Notes under the pieces: model-generated
What the model saw: only the letters and a program-made list of their open reading frames with translations
What the model was told of the DNA's origin: nothing
Databases searched by the model: none
Source: Callorhinchus milii
Taxonomy: Eukaryota
NCBI RefSeq assembly: GCF_018977255.1
Contig: NW_024704743.1
Location: forward strand, 84,260,001 to 84,324,000
Direction: 5' to 3'
Length of the DNA stretch: 64,000 nt
Shown: positions 11,944 through 24,450 of the stretch, one piece after another
How positions within the stretch are numbered: position 1 is the first letter of the stretch
Layout of the letters: every line of letters starts with the position of its first letter
Translations under genes and position numbers: made by a program

Positions 11944-12210
11944 ACCTGAGTTCAATTCCAGGCAGGGCAAAACCTTGGGAAACTTTTCTTACTCCACAAG
12001 CCTAATAATAATCCCTCCAAAAAAACAAAACAATAATAAATTGGTCATTTTCAATCCATGACTGTTTGTGGGACATTGCTGTGCGCAATTGGCTGCCACA
12101 TTCGCCCACAAATATACAGTCAATTCACTTTACATTATATTCTGTGATGCGCGTTGGGACGTCTAGAAGACGTGAAAAGTGCTATATCAAATGCAAGGAT
12201 TATTATTTAT
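11944..12210 (+). mobile_element. Young tRNA-derived SINE, 5'-truncated
   Basis: Starts at B box ACCTGAGTTCAATTCCAGG; body and tail as in 703-1031 with more substitutions. Confidence 0.9.
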
Positions 12211-12261
12211 TAAGTTACTTTGATTTTACAAATGACATGCAGCGCTAACTGTTATTATTAG

Positions 12262-12560
12262 TTTTCACTCTCAACTACAAATCCCTTCATGCTCTAGAAT
12301 CTCACTAGCTCTCTGATCTCTCCCTACGCCACTCCTCCTCTTCCCTCTTCCGATTGACTAACTCCGCTTTGCTGTGCATCCCCTCACCTACCTATGCCAC
12401 TATCAGTGGCTGAGATTTCTAATTCTGCCTCTGGAACGCCCTGCCTCGACCCCTTTGTCTCCGTGTCTCCCCCTCTTCATCTGTCTTCAAGACCCACCTT
12501 AAACCTACCTCTTCAACCATGTCTATGGTCATGCCCTTTTCCCTCCCCACTGCTCAGTGT
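12262..12560 (+). mobile_element. L2 LINE 3' fragment, decayed
   Basis: CTCTGGAACGCCCTGCCTC...TTCAAGACCCACCTTAAACCTACCTCTTCAACC (LWN..P, FKTHLK motifs). Confidence 0.65.
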
Positions 12561-13324
12561 CTGTCTGCCATTATAAGGAGCTTAAAGACATTATTCTACA
12601 TAAAGGGCACAATATATTCAAGAAGAAAAGGGAGTTTCTCCTGGTGTCCTGGCTAACAATCCACCAAATAAGCACTTACTTCATAGCTGTTTGTAGGACA
12701 TTGCTGTGCACAAATTGGCTGCCATATTCACCCACAAAATACAGCCACATCACTTTACAATATATCCTGTTAAGAGCTTTGACATGTCTTCAACATAAGG
12801 CGCTATATCAAATGCCAGAATAATGATTATATTATTATAAATGAACCTTGTTGCTATATTATCATTGCTGCTTATTGAGCAGTCAGGCTATTACTCAAAG
12901 CTAGCAAGAGCCATAATTTCATTGAAAAAAATGAAATTATGCCAGTTTCATCATTTGATCTTGAAAAACATCCATGGCTGAATCGTTGTGTGTGTTAAGG
13001 TAATTTAAATCATAATTGTGTAGTTATTATATCCACTTGCCAGTAAACGTTACGCGTGCTATTTTATGCTTTTTTGCATGACAATGACTGGTAAATTAAA
13101 CAACCTAATGGAACATAAGATGCAACTTAAAAACAGAAATTAGCCACGGCTAACAACTAACTTATTTTGTACTTGCAATAACTGAAAACAAAATAATGTA
13201 CCAGCTCCAACTGAAGCAAGAAACAGATTACAGGCAGTGTAACTGTCACTAAAAGAATAAAAAGGAAATTGCAGACTTAAAAATCAATTCACTTATAGCA
13301 AATGGGCATCAAAATGTGTCAAGT

Positions 13325-13560
13325 GTCAACTTGACTCAGTTGCTAGTATTCTGTTCTCAGAAGGATACAGCTTCAAACTCCACATCAGCCTTGAACATGT
13401 ACAGTCAAGGCTGGCACTCCCATGCAGTACAGGAGGAGCACTGCATTATTGGAGGTGCCCTCTTTCAAATACAATGTTATACCAAGGTATGTATGCCTGT
13501 TCAGATGGGTTTTAAGATCTCATGATAATATTTAATACAGTGTTTCTCCCAGTGTCCAAT
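13325..13560 (+). mobile_element. Old Deu-domain SINE, 5' part
   Basis: GGCTGGCACTCCATGCAGTAC..GGAGCACTGCATTATTGGAGGTGCCCTCTTTC core. Confidence 0.7.
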
Positions 13561-13755
13561 AATAGTGAAATATCTCAAAGTGCTTCACAGGGATTTGCTG
13601 CAATTAGGTGTACTTCATGCCTGTATATGGGATTTTAATGGTGCAACATTTTTCTGTTTGCCTGAAATAAGACAGCTACTAATTACCATTTAGAGGTTCC
13701 TTGATGTACCAATCCCATTAGCTTACTGTCTGAGATGCCTTCATCTATGTAGGAC

Positions 13756-13803
13756 TGTGCAGATATATCTGTGTAGCATTGTGCAGATATATCTGTGTAG
13801 CAC
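13756..13803 (+). repeat. 24-bp tandem duplication
   Basis: TGTGCAGATATATCTGTGTAGCAY x2; each unit contains the palindrome CAGATATATCTG. Confidence 0.9.
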
Positions 13804-14814
13804 TGTGAAAGATTTAAGACCTTCCTCTTCGAATGTGCTTACGTCACCGCATCAGGTTCCACCACTGTTAAGCGCTCCAAGACGCTGTCCTGCGTGAATT
13901 GCACCATCAAAATCCCATATATAAGTGCAAGTTGTTGTTGATTGGTACTTCAGTATTGGGCATGCCTGCAGTCCACATTGAGGGGAGTCTATTACACACC
14001 AGTTCCTGTTAGTGATAAGGCAATTGGATTCAGTCCCATAGATTGGCATCGATTCGCCAGTCTGACATTCTCAGTGTGTGAGAATCTCTGTCCTTCAAGA
14101 GAAATCTTAAACCCAGCTCCCATTTGTGTGTATGTGACCTGACTGCAGCCTCTGGTACAACCATAACTTTTGGATCCTTCCATACACCAACCCTCACAAC
14201 CCGCAATGCTCCTCCATCGTTTTAACACTAAAATGTTTCCTAGGCCATCATCCGTATCCAATTCAACATCTGTGTTCCTGTAAAGGAATGTCATCACTTT
14301 GTCATCACTCACCACATCTCACGTATTTGGAAATGTATGTTGGGATCAAAAACTGTGCATATGATGCAGAAATTGCCATGGCATGCAGGTCATTGGTGAT
14401 TCCATTTGTAAGTAATGTTTTGATTGTCACAGATTATATGTTGCTCTCATCCCCTTGACATTTGTTATACAGCTGGATTGATTTTTGTGCTCTGGTATGA
14501 AAAGGTCACTTTGATCAATGCAGTGTAATTGGCACTAAATTAGGATCATATCGGGTTATTTTGCCATTTAATGATGAAATATTAAAGAAAAAGAGGAATG
14601 ATTTGCAGCCATTTAACAACACTTTAAAGAACCGAGGTGGACGTTTTAGTAGAAAATATTTAAAAACAACAAAAAAAAGATCGATGCACTAAAATAACAA
14701 GACTGTGATATATTGAAAACATTGACTGAACTCCAGCATTGCCATTTGGAAAGATCCAGTCATTCAAGACGAGAAGGACATTTGTGAGGGATTAAATTGT
14801 CAGAACATCATCGA

Positions 14815-16800
14815 CAACAACAACAACAACGTGCACTTATATAGCGCCCGCCATGCAGAGTAGCGTTTCAGAGCGCTAAGCCTGACTCCGAGCGGAATGG
14901 GGGGAGGTGAAAAAGGAAGGTTTTCATGCGGGTCTTGAAAAAAGGGGAGAGAGGGAGCAAGGCGGAGAGATTGAGGGAGAGTGTTCCACAGCTTGTGGGC
15001 ATAGTGGCAGAAAGCGCGACCTCCGAAGGTGGAGTGAAGAGTGCGAGACAAGTAGGAGGCCGGTGCTGGTTGAGCGGGGATCAGGGAGTGAGGAAGTCAG
15101 AGAGGTAGAGAGATGTCAGGGAGTGAATGGATTTGAACACAAGTGTGAGGATCTTGAAGTCGATCCATTTGGTGATGGGGAGCCAGTGGAGCCTGGCCAG
15201 AACTGGTGAGATGTGGGTACTGAGTTTGGTCCAGGTCAATATGTGGGTGGCAGAGTTCTGAATGAGCTGGATTTTCTGAATAGTGGAGCTGGAGAGACCG
15301 GCGAGGAGTGCGTTTGAGTAATCCAGGCGGGAGGTGACAAACGCATGCACAAGGGTTTCAGCTGCATTTGGGGTAAGGTATGGTTGAAGGCGGGCAATGT
15401 GGCGGAGCTGGAAGAAGGTGGCCCTAGTCAGGGACCAGATGTGGGGGAGAAAGGACAACTGGGGGTTGAGCCAGACTCCTAGATTGCGCAATGGTTTGGT
15501 GAATTTGAGGGAGAACCCAGGGAGGTTAAGGAGTTTAGATCCGCAGGAGTGAAGATGTTGATGGGAGCCAAGGAGTACAGCTTCCATCTTGTCCACATTC
15601 AGCTGCAGGAAGCTTGAACTCATCCAGACCCTGATGTCTGCCAGACAAGTTGATAGAACATTGCCGGACCTGGAGCCGATGCTGGAGGAGGCAAAATAGA
15701 TTTGTGTGTCAGCCACATACATGTAGAAGTTTAATCCGTGTCTGGGGATGACATTGCCAAGAGGGAGCATATAGATGAGGAAAAGATGGGGGTCAAGGAT
15801 GGAGCCCTGGGGCACCCTGCAGGTGACTAGGTGGGGGCAGAGGGAGAAACCATTCGCCAAGATGAAGTGGAGGTGGTCGGTTGGTTAAGTAGGACTCAAA
15901 CCATGAAAGTGCGGTCCCACTAAAGTCGATAAGGAAGGAGAGGCGGTGGAGGAGGATGGCGTGGTCCACTGTGTGGAACGCGACAGAGAGATACAGGAGG
16001 ATGAGGAGGCAGAGGGAGCCCTGGTCACGAGAGGACGTCGATTGTGATTTTGACAAGTGCTGTCTCTATGCTGTGGGCAGGGCGAAAATCAGACTGCAGG
16101 GGCTCAAGCAGCAAGTGAAGGGAGAGGTGTGACCAAAGTTGACCTGCAACATTGTGCTCCAGGACATTGGCAAGGAAGGGCAGGTTGGAGATGGGATAGT
16201 AATGTGAGAGATTAGAAGGATCGAGGGTGGGTTTTTTGAGGAGGGGTGTGATAACAGCGGTTTTCAGGGGGAGTGGAACGGAGCCTGAGGAGAGAGACTA
16301 GTGGACTGTGTCGGTCAGCAGGGGGGAGAGGAGGGGGAGTTGAGCGACCAGCAGCTGGGTGGGGAGTAGGTCGAAGCAGCAGGTGGTGAACTTCATGTGG
16401 GTGACTGTGGTTGAGAGGGAGGAAGGAGAAATGGGGGCAAAGGAGTGTAAGGAGGGGGAGAGGCAGGAGTAGTGGCAGAGGGAGAAGGTGGTGTGGATAG
16501 TCTGGATGGGGTGGAAGGGGACATGAGGGGGAGGACAATGCAGTCAAGTGAATCTTTTCAATCTTTGAAGCAAAGAAGTCTAGAACCTCTTTGCACTTGG
16601 TGTTTGATGTGAGGATAGAGGGAGCTAGTGGGGGTGCACGGAGGAGGTGATGGATAGTGGAAAACAGTGTCTTTGGGTTGTTTTTGTTTTTGGCCTCCAG
16701 GATGACTTTGGATTAAAAGTGAGTTTTGGCCTGTGAAAGGGAGAGGCGGTAGATGCGAAGGTGCTCGAGCCACAGCTGGTAGTGAATCGTGAGACTGGAT
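14815..16800 (-). mobile_element. L2-clade LINE, ~2 kb 5'-truncated, frameshifted ORF2 (reverse transcriptase)
   Basis: ORFs 15081-15860 and 15793-16056 give AFHTVDHAILLHRL, VPQGSIL.P.LFLIY, YVADTQIY (decayed YADD), LVHAFVTSRLDYSNALL, LHWLP; (CAA)n tail at 14815. Confidence 0.95.
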
Positions 16801-16815
16801 AATATCAGCATTAAA

Positions 16816-16987
16816 GAAGCATAAGGATAAAATATATTTTAAGAGAACTAGAATTTTAACATTCATCTTTAGGCCCTTAGCTTTCACGCTTAATTAAATG
16901 ATAATCAAAAGTTTGCAATTACTGATATTTAATTATTCCATGTTTTCCTGAGGTTAGAACACAGTTTCAGGCATTTTACATTACCCT
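16816..16987 (+). repeat. ~170 bp local direct duplication, copy A (copy B at 17979-18136)
   Basis: Shared TTCATCTTTAGGCCCTT, CACGCTTAATTAAA, TGATATTTAATTATTC, TTTTCCTGAGGTTAGAA, GCATTTTACAT. Confidence 0.85.
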
Positions 16988-17677
16988 TTAACAGAGGAAT
17001 GCATTAAAATCTGCAGCCATAGATCTGTGTGGTATTATACATACAAAGTGCAAGTAATTCCTCCAGTGTCTACCGTTTACTCTAGTTACATAGTATTGCA
17101 GAGCACCAAAATCAGGCAAATCGTTAAATTCAGTTTTAACTATGAAACCAATTTTACCGTAGCTACTTGAAAAAAAGTTATAGAAATCTATCTGCAAATT
17201 GTATGCAGCATTTGCCTACTGAAAATCCTATGAAGCACTTTGAGATGCTCCAATGACATCAGATGCAAGGATATTAATAGCTAGAGAAGGTTTAACAAAG
17301 TTGAAATTTAAAACCCAAAAGAAATCTCAAAAGGAAGAAAGTTTCTGCTTTTCTCTGATCACTGGATAGTGCGTTGTACTCTTAAAATCACTGAAAATGT
17401 ACTATTATTTTTATAATGTTGTATTTCTCTTTTTCAGAACTGTCTCAGTGGAGACCTGTTGTTCTAAACTGTGTTGTGTGTGTGTGGCTGATCGTAACCA
17501 CTGTGGCATAGTTCTGTAGCATGACTAAAAATGGGGATATTTTACACTATATGATGCCAGACCAGTACTAGTTTACATGGGTTATCCAACCGCAAACCAA
17601 AAGTTTCACTCAGAAATAATACACTGCTTTGCGGTGGGATTACTTTGTTTCATATATTGTGCCTATGTAAAAGAAGT

Positions 17678-17960
17678 AAAGCGAGAGACCTGAGTTCAAT
17701 TCCAGGCAGGGCGAAACCTTGGGCAAGTTTCCTTACTCCACACGCCTAATAATAATCCCTCCAAAAAAATAAAACAATAATAAATTTTATTGTTTTCAAT
17801 CCATGACTGTTTGTGGGACATTGCTGTGCGCAATTGGCTGCCGCGTTCGCCCACAAATATACAGTCAATTCACTTTACAGTGTGTTCTGTGAAGCGCTTT
17901 GGGACGTCCTCCCAACGTGAAAAGCGCTATATCAAATGCAAGGATTATTATTATTATTAT
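17678..17960 (+). mobile_element. Young tRNA-derived SINE, truncated within the anticodon arm
   Basis: AAGCGAGAGACCTGAGTTCAATTCCAGG... through the (ATT)n tail. Confidence 0.95.
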
Positions 17961-17978
17961 AATAATATCAATATTATT

Positions 17979-18136
17979 GAAGCAATAGGATAAAACTTAT
18001 TTTAACTTTCATCTTTAGGCCCTTTGTTGCACGCTTAATTAAACAATAATTAAATGTTTTGTCATTATTGATATTTAATTATTCAATATTTTCCTGAGGT
18101 TAGAATAACAAGGTTTCATGCATTTTACATAACCCT
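17979..18136 (+). repeat. ~160 bp local direct duplication, copy B
   Basis: Aligns colinearly to 16816-16987. Confidence 0.85.
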
Positions 18137-18499
18137 AAATGGGCAAATTAGTTATTCATCTGTGTAGTAATACATGTACCGAGTATGGAAAAGAAACATG
18201 GTGAGGGGAATCTATTCCTAATTAATAATGTTACTTACATAAAGGACACTTTCTTGACTGGATAGAAAATACAGTAAAAATATGTCCTTAAAAGCTGCCC
18301 TTGCGAATAGGTTTGACACTAAATACCCCCAACATCTCGGCAACGGTTTTATCTATAGGTTCGTCACAATCAGTCAGAAGGTTGTGAGTTCAAGCTCCAT
18401 GTTGGGACATCGAACTTAATACAGTCTAGGCTGACACTCCATTGCAGTGCTGGGGGAGGCATTGCATTGTTGGAGGTGCTGTCCGTCTTTACATTTGAG

Positions 18500-19300
18500 T
18501 AACAACAACAACCAAATTACATTTGTATAGCGCCTTTCACATCGGGAGGACGTCCCAAGGTGTTGGACAGACAGAGTTAACGACCCGAGCTGGGGGTCGG
18601 GGAGGGTGGAGGGCGGGGGTGAAGTGAGAAAATCGAAAGCACGGTGGAAGAGGAGAGTCTTGAGGTGGGTCTTGAAGGTGGCGAGGGAGGGGGCGAGACG
18701 GCAGGAATTTGGGATGGAGTTCCAGAGGGTGGGTGCAGAGTGGCTGAAGGCCCACCTGCCAATAGTGGGGCAAACAAGGCGGGGGACATGAAGCAGGGCG
18801 GAGCCCGCTGAGCAGAGGGAGCAAACAGGATGGTAGGGTTTAAGAGGTCGGAGAGATAGGGGGAGCAAGACCGTGGAGGGCTTTGAAGGTGAGGACTAGG
18901 ATCTTGAACTGTATCCTCTGTGTGAGGGAAGTCAGTGGAGTCAGGCGAGGATGGGGCTGATTGGGTCATGGAGCCTAGTGCAGCAGAGCACACAGGCTGC
19001 AGAGTTCTGGATGATCTGCAGCCTTTGGAGGGAGGAGTTGTGGAGGCTGACAAGCAATGAGTTTGCATAGTCGAGTCTCAATGTAATGAAAGCATGTACA
19101 AGGTTTTCGGCGGTTGGGCGATGTTGCGGAGGTGGGGGAAGGCAGAGTGAGTCATGGCACAGATGTGGGGTAGAAAGGATAATTGAGGGTCAAACAAGAC
19201 TCCAAGGTTCCGGAAAAAAGGGGAGAGAGGGAGCAAGGCGGTTTAGCAAGGTGGATGGAGTGTGCAACCATGGATGGTGATGCTGTCAGCGCCTGAGGTA
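18500..19300 (-). mobile_element. L2-clade LINE 3' fragment with internal deletion
   Basis: ORF 18416-18868 has PTLWNSIP, FKTHLKTLLF; colinear with 53866-54670; (AAC)n tail; directly follows an old SINE head at 18365-18495. Confidence 0.92.
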
Positions 19301-19429
19301 ACCTGTACTTTCACACCTTCTCTCTTCAGGCTTTCCAAAATAACTTATGGAATGTAGTGTATATACAGATCTGGGGAGCCAATGTTTGTCTACTTGCCAT
19401 CAGTCTCAAATTGGTGTAATAATGACGAT

Positions 19430-19760
19430 GATAATAATAATAATCCTTGCATTTGATATAGTGCCTTATCACATCATCGAGACATCAAAGTGCTTCGCAG
19501 AATATACTGTAAAGTGGGCTGACTTAAAGTGGGTTATTTTGTGGACTATGTAGCGCGTAATTAGTTGGTGAATGTGACAGTTAATTTTTGAACAACAATG
19601 TCCTACAAAAAGTCATGAAGTGAATAACCAATTGTATTTGGGAGATTATTGACCAGGACACCTGAAGAAATTCCCATCTCGTTTTGAATAGTGCTGTGGG
19701 ATCTTTAATGTCCACCTGAATAGGCAGGTGGGGCTCCTGTTTAATGTCTCAACTGAAGGA
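19430..19760 (-). mobile_element. Old Deu-domain SINE
   Basis: (AAT)nCCTTGCATTTGATATAG tail; GACCAGGACAC; GAATAGTGCTGTGGGATCTTTAATGTCCACCTGA. Confidence 0.8.
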
Positions 19761-20824
19761 CTGATTGATCAATGTCACTTTAAGTCCACTAATTCACCAA
19801 ATGAATCGAAAGAGCAAACAGTCACGGTTAACATGCTTGAGTCAGACGATGCTCACGTCAAATCTGCTTTCTCACCTTTCCCTTATACATATCCTTCAAA
19901 ATTGTAGTCATTTTTTCTAGTACTTTGTTGTTTGATCATATTTCTATCCTGTTTGTTTGTCAGAATTGAGAGCATTTTTTATTTTTCTACCCAGTGTACA
20001 GCAGACTTTTCTCCTGTCTTTTCATTGAACAGCATCACATGCTTTTCACACTTGAACTCAGTGATTATCTTTCCTTAAAGCTTCACACAAACTTTGCTCT
20101 ATTGAATGCTGTTGCTATAAGTTTTCCACAGTGTAACAGATAGAGGCAGGACTACCTGGCTTCCAGTCCCAGGCCACAGAATTAATTATGGCCTGAATAT
20201 GAAAGTCATGGGACGAAAATAAATGAGTTTCTATTGACTAGCCAGTCCGTCCTGTTGGCAGCCAACACAACAAAAGCCTGACAGCCTGATTGACACACAA
20301 TGTCTCTGTGGCTATGTTTGCTAAAATATTAATGTAGTAAACCCACAGCATGATGACATGATGGGAAAACACGGAATTGTTCCACGTGACCTGTGCCCTC
20401 AATGACTTTTGGTTAAAGAAGATATTATGCTAACATTATTTTCATCTGTAATGCTACACAACTTAATTTTTACCCCCTGCACAATGTTTCTGAGCAAAGT
20501 TTTTATTAAGTTATTTATTAAGTCTGAACTTTCAATGCAGAGTTTAACCATCAATAAATTCATAGTTAACCATCACTTGCTGAACAAGAGTTGCTGGAGC
20601 GTGGTTTGCAACAATGGGAAACCTGTGATTTACCCATTAGTACCCCTTACACAATTCCTTCAATCCTTCCATGATTCCATCAAGCACCAGGGTCAATTTG
20701 ATAGAATTTTTTGTTACATCTCTATGATGCTTTGTGCAGTCTCACACACAATCTCCAATGTCTCACCTAAACACCCATCCATTCGTCATTGCTCACATTG
20801 ACAGTGATTGCCAACCTCTCATCA

Positions 20825-21076
20825 GTTTTAGCTGGTTACATTCCAGAGGTATCTCAATGCATACTCTTTGGTCCCTGACCCTTGGCTGTTGCTGACGTGT
20901 GCCTAATACTCTCCAGAATTAGGTAAGCATGGTGCATCCCTCTGGGGGGAAAGTACACATTCCATTCCAGACGCAGAGAAATTTCCATGTGTAGGTGGCA
21001 AGCATACGTAGAACTCCAATCTGGTTTGGATTCTCTTAAGCAAAGTGACGGGTTTCCACGTACGTCAAATACCCAG
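20825..21076 (+). repeat. Unclassified interspersed repeat, copy 2 of 3, interrupted by a SINE
   Basis: CTCTCCAGAATTAGG.AAGCA..CATCCCTC..CACATTCCATT.CAG..CAG..AAATTTCCA shared with 30321-30575. Confidence 0.75.
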
Positions 21077-21405
21077 GTGGAGTCCTGTAGCTCAGTGGTT
21101 AGAGCACTCGCTTTGCAAGTGAGAGACCTGAGTTCAATTCCAGTCAGAGGGCGAAACCTTGGGCAAGTTTCCTTACTCCACACGCCTAATAATAATCCCT
21201 CCAAAACTAAAAACAATAATTAAATTGGTCATTTTCAATCTACGACTGTTTGTGGGACATTGCTGTGCGCAATTGGCTGCCGCGTTCGCCCACAAATATA
21301 CAGTCAATTCACTTTACAGTGTGTTCTGTGAAGCGCTTTGGGACGTCCTCCCGACATGAAAAGCGCTATATCAAATGCAAGGATTATTATTATTATTATT
21401 ATTAT
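21077..21405 (+). mobile_element. Young tRNA-derived SINE, full length
   Basis: Complete head to (ATT)n tail; near-identical to 703-1031. Confidence 0.95.
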
Positions 21406-22914
21406 AGTTGACTGCCACCACCAACAACAAATTGCACTTATATAGCACCTTTTACATCAGGAGGACATCCCAAGGTGCTGGAAACAAAGCAAGTGTCAGT
21501 GAGAAATAGAGGGAAGAGGGTGGAAAAAATGGCACCTGAGAGTCGTTACAAATTTAGCTTTTTGTGGGACCTTGGCAAGGTAATTTTGCTATTGGGTTTG
21601 CCTACACAAATAGTGACCACACCTGGAGGAATTATTGTAAAGTGATTTGAGACTTTGTGACATGTTAAGGAGCTCTACAAATGCTTGTATTTATTGTTTT
21701 TTTATAATAAATAGTACACTGACTTGTCTCTGGGATGTTTTCATAAAATCGCAAGATTTGATTTAGATTGTTCCACCAATCTAATCCCTACAGAATACCC
21801 ACCCTCCCATCCTCCCATCAAAGCATCAAGTTCTTGTTTGAATAAGTCTGGTGTCTTGATCTCAACCATCAAATTGGTGGTGGAGCACAGCTACTCTTCT
21901 CAAAATCCTTACAGAGAAGCCAGCCACACAATGGACTTTCAGCTCACTTTGGACTACCAGTTACAAGGTGACAGTTAATAATAATAATCCTTGCATTTGA
22001 TATAGCACCTTACCACATCATTGAAACATCTCAAAGTGCATCATAGAATACAATATATTGTAAAGTGGATTGACTGTATACCTTGTAGGCGAAACACAGC
22101 AGCCAATTGTGCGCAGCAATTGTTTAGTGGAGCCAGTATCCCACTCATCAGCAGTTCATCACCCTGACCTGCGAGGTATTAGCCCAATGTGTGATGCAAC
22201 ACAAATTCCCTCAATATATTGAATTCTTAGGAAACGTTACAAAAATAGTTTTCCAGTTACTATCCATGAATAATAATGGCCCTTTAAATTAATATCAGTC
22301 AGCTGACAACCATTGATTCTTCAATACAACATTTGCTCATGTCTATTCTTTCATTAGAAAGATATAAAAAGATAACATGTCCTGACTTGCATCTTGGTGC
22401 ACTCACTCACTCACTACAATGTGGAATGATAAATTATCAGGTTTCTTTTACACTCCCCATGTCAATTCTTAATCCCAGCAATCCATTCTTTTGAAAAAGA
22501 AAACGTATTAGGGGACGGGGGTCTGTGGTGCACTTCCTGGTGGCTGGTTGGGGGGAAGGGTCAGGGACAAGTTACTTAACATGGTGTAGAGGAAACTCAA
22601 GATGGGGAGAAAATCAGTTAGTAAACAAAAAATTTACCTTCTGGGTGCTTCTAACAAAATACTTTTTTAGCAGCGCTTGAGTTCTAATTATTAAGTTGTC
22701 ATGTTCGATTAATGAATCGTAGTTTTGAACTGGTTATGTCGTGAATGCTTCAGACTTCCCTTCTGCTAAAATAGTAGCTGCTTTTCTAGAGTTGATGGAC
22801 AAGGCTGTGTAATGAAGGGATAAAAATTATCTACCAATTTTTTAATTAAAAAGTTATAGAAACACTATTTACAAGTTTATTAAATTAAAACAGCGCACAG
22901 CGCACAGCAATGGA

Positions 22915-23150
22915 ATAACTCCCTGAGTTCAAATCCAGTCCAGTTTGAAAGTTCTTTTACTGAGCGTCTCAACCACATGGATGTGAGGCCACAATCTAAA
23001 GCTGCCCACAACTTGGCACAAGTTAGCAATCTCAATCATATAGTACAGTAGGATGGCTGGTGCAGAAAATAGGAAAAAAGAAGGTTGAAGTAGTAGGTTG
23101 TTAAGTGTTTCATTTGCATGATTCAGTGTAAGGTTGCGTTGCCTGGTTTA
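22915..23150 (+). mobile_element. Ancient SINE remnant, possibly LF-SINE-like
   Basis: B-box-like GAGTTCAAATCCAG, then AAAGCTGCCCACAACTTGGCACAAGTTAGCA, which resembles my recollection of the LF-SINE body; not verified. Confidence 0.35.
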
Positions 23151-23459
23151 ACTGACAACTGACCATAAATTACAATGCAGAAAATCAAGTGATATTTTCT
23201 GGGCCTGTAATTGTGGATAATTAACCTACATTTACCAGTCTGATAACTTCACAAAGGGCATGGACCAGACGATCTGGTCGACTAAGTTGTATTATTTTTA
23301 TTGTTAAATTTATGTGCAATGTATGAAGAACCATGACATCGTGCACCTGGACATTCACAGAACTTGACAAAATCTCACATAAGAGACCGTTTTATAAACC
23401 AATGATGGATGTTAAGAGAACGACATGGATATGCTTAACAACAGGCTAGAGGGAAGGAA

Positions 23460-24145
23460 TAAACAACAATAAATTACATTTGTACAGTGCCTTTCATGTA
23501 AGGAAGACATTCCAATCAGGGATTTGGACCCAAGGAGGAGTTTAGGATCAGGGGCGTGGAGAGCAGGGAGGGTGGCCGAATATTCAGTCGAAGAGGAGGG
23601 TCTTGAGATGGGAGAGGACACGAGTTGCAGAGTTCTGGATGATCTGCAGCTTGTGGAGGGAAGAGCTGGGAAGACCATCAAAGCAGGGAGTTAGTATAGT
23701 CTAGCCTAGATGCAATAAATGTGTGAATAAATGTTACGGTTTGAGGGGACAGGCAATTGTGGAGCTGGGAGATGTTGCGGAGGTGGGAGAAAGCAGAGCG
23801 GGTCATGCCACAAACGTGGGATAGAAAGGAAAGTTGAGGGTCAAACAAGACGCCCAGTTTCTGGACTGGCTGAGTGAGATAGTTTTCTTTTAGGAAATAA
23901 CATGATGGGACATATGTGTATGTGGCCGCCAGGATGGTGGAAGGCGAATTAGATGGAGCTTGGTCTTTTTTTGTCTAGCATTTCTTATGTTTTTATGTTC
24001 TTATGAGTGAGGAGAATTGTGCAGCCTTGGATAGAGATGCTACCAATGCCTGAGGTGTGGAGACACTGATGGGAGCCAATCATGAGGACCTCGGTTTTGT
24101 TGACATTCAACTGGAGAAAGTTAACTCTCATTCAGGACTTGATAA
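23460..24145 (-). mobile_element. L2 LINE fragment with deletions; CR1 3' tail (+) inserted at ~23890-24003
   Basis: Segments match 54.37-54.75 kb (GCAGAGTTCTGGATGATC, GTGGGTAGAAAGGA, GATGGGAGCCAATCA); insert ends TTATGTTTTTATGTTCTTATG. Confidence 0.8.
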
Positions 24146-24164
24146 ATGGGCAATTGTAAAGGGA

Positions 24165-24450
24165 GCAGGATTGAAATGAGGGAGGTATTAAGCAGCATGG
24201 GGCCATGCTGGGACCCCTCCTGTTCCCTGAATACATAAATAATCTGGATCCACAAACTCAGTGCAAGATTGTTATATTTGCAGATGACACTAAGTTAGGA
24301 GGAATGGTTTAATCGGAGGAGACAGCCGAGATATTACAAAGAAAGCTGAAGAATGTATGCATCTGGACTGAACCATGACCTATGAAGTTCAATACAGATA
24401 AATGCAAAACACAGGGGAAATAAAAATAGGAGACGCATGTATTCTATGGA
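24165..24450 (+). mobile_element. CR1 LINE RT fragment, decayed
   Basis: CTGGGACCCCTCCTGTTC (LGPLLF) and TTTGCAGATGACACTAAGTTAGGA (FADDTKLG), compare 60690-60780. Confidence 0.8.

Noticed and set aside
15081..15860. RT ORFs as a retron, group II intron, DGR or domesticated gene (also 54210-55025, 60175-60870)
   Set aside because: Typical L2/CR1 ORF2 motifs, frameshifts, decayed YADD in the L2 copies, LINE 3' tails and 5' truncation; no accessory genes
23086..23107. let-7-like 22-mer TGAAGTAGTAGGTTGTTAAGTG
   Set aside because: 18/22 match but with a seed mismatch, no complementary 3' arm, and it lies within a probable old SINE
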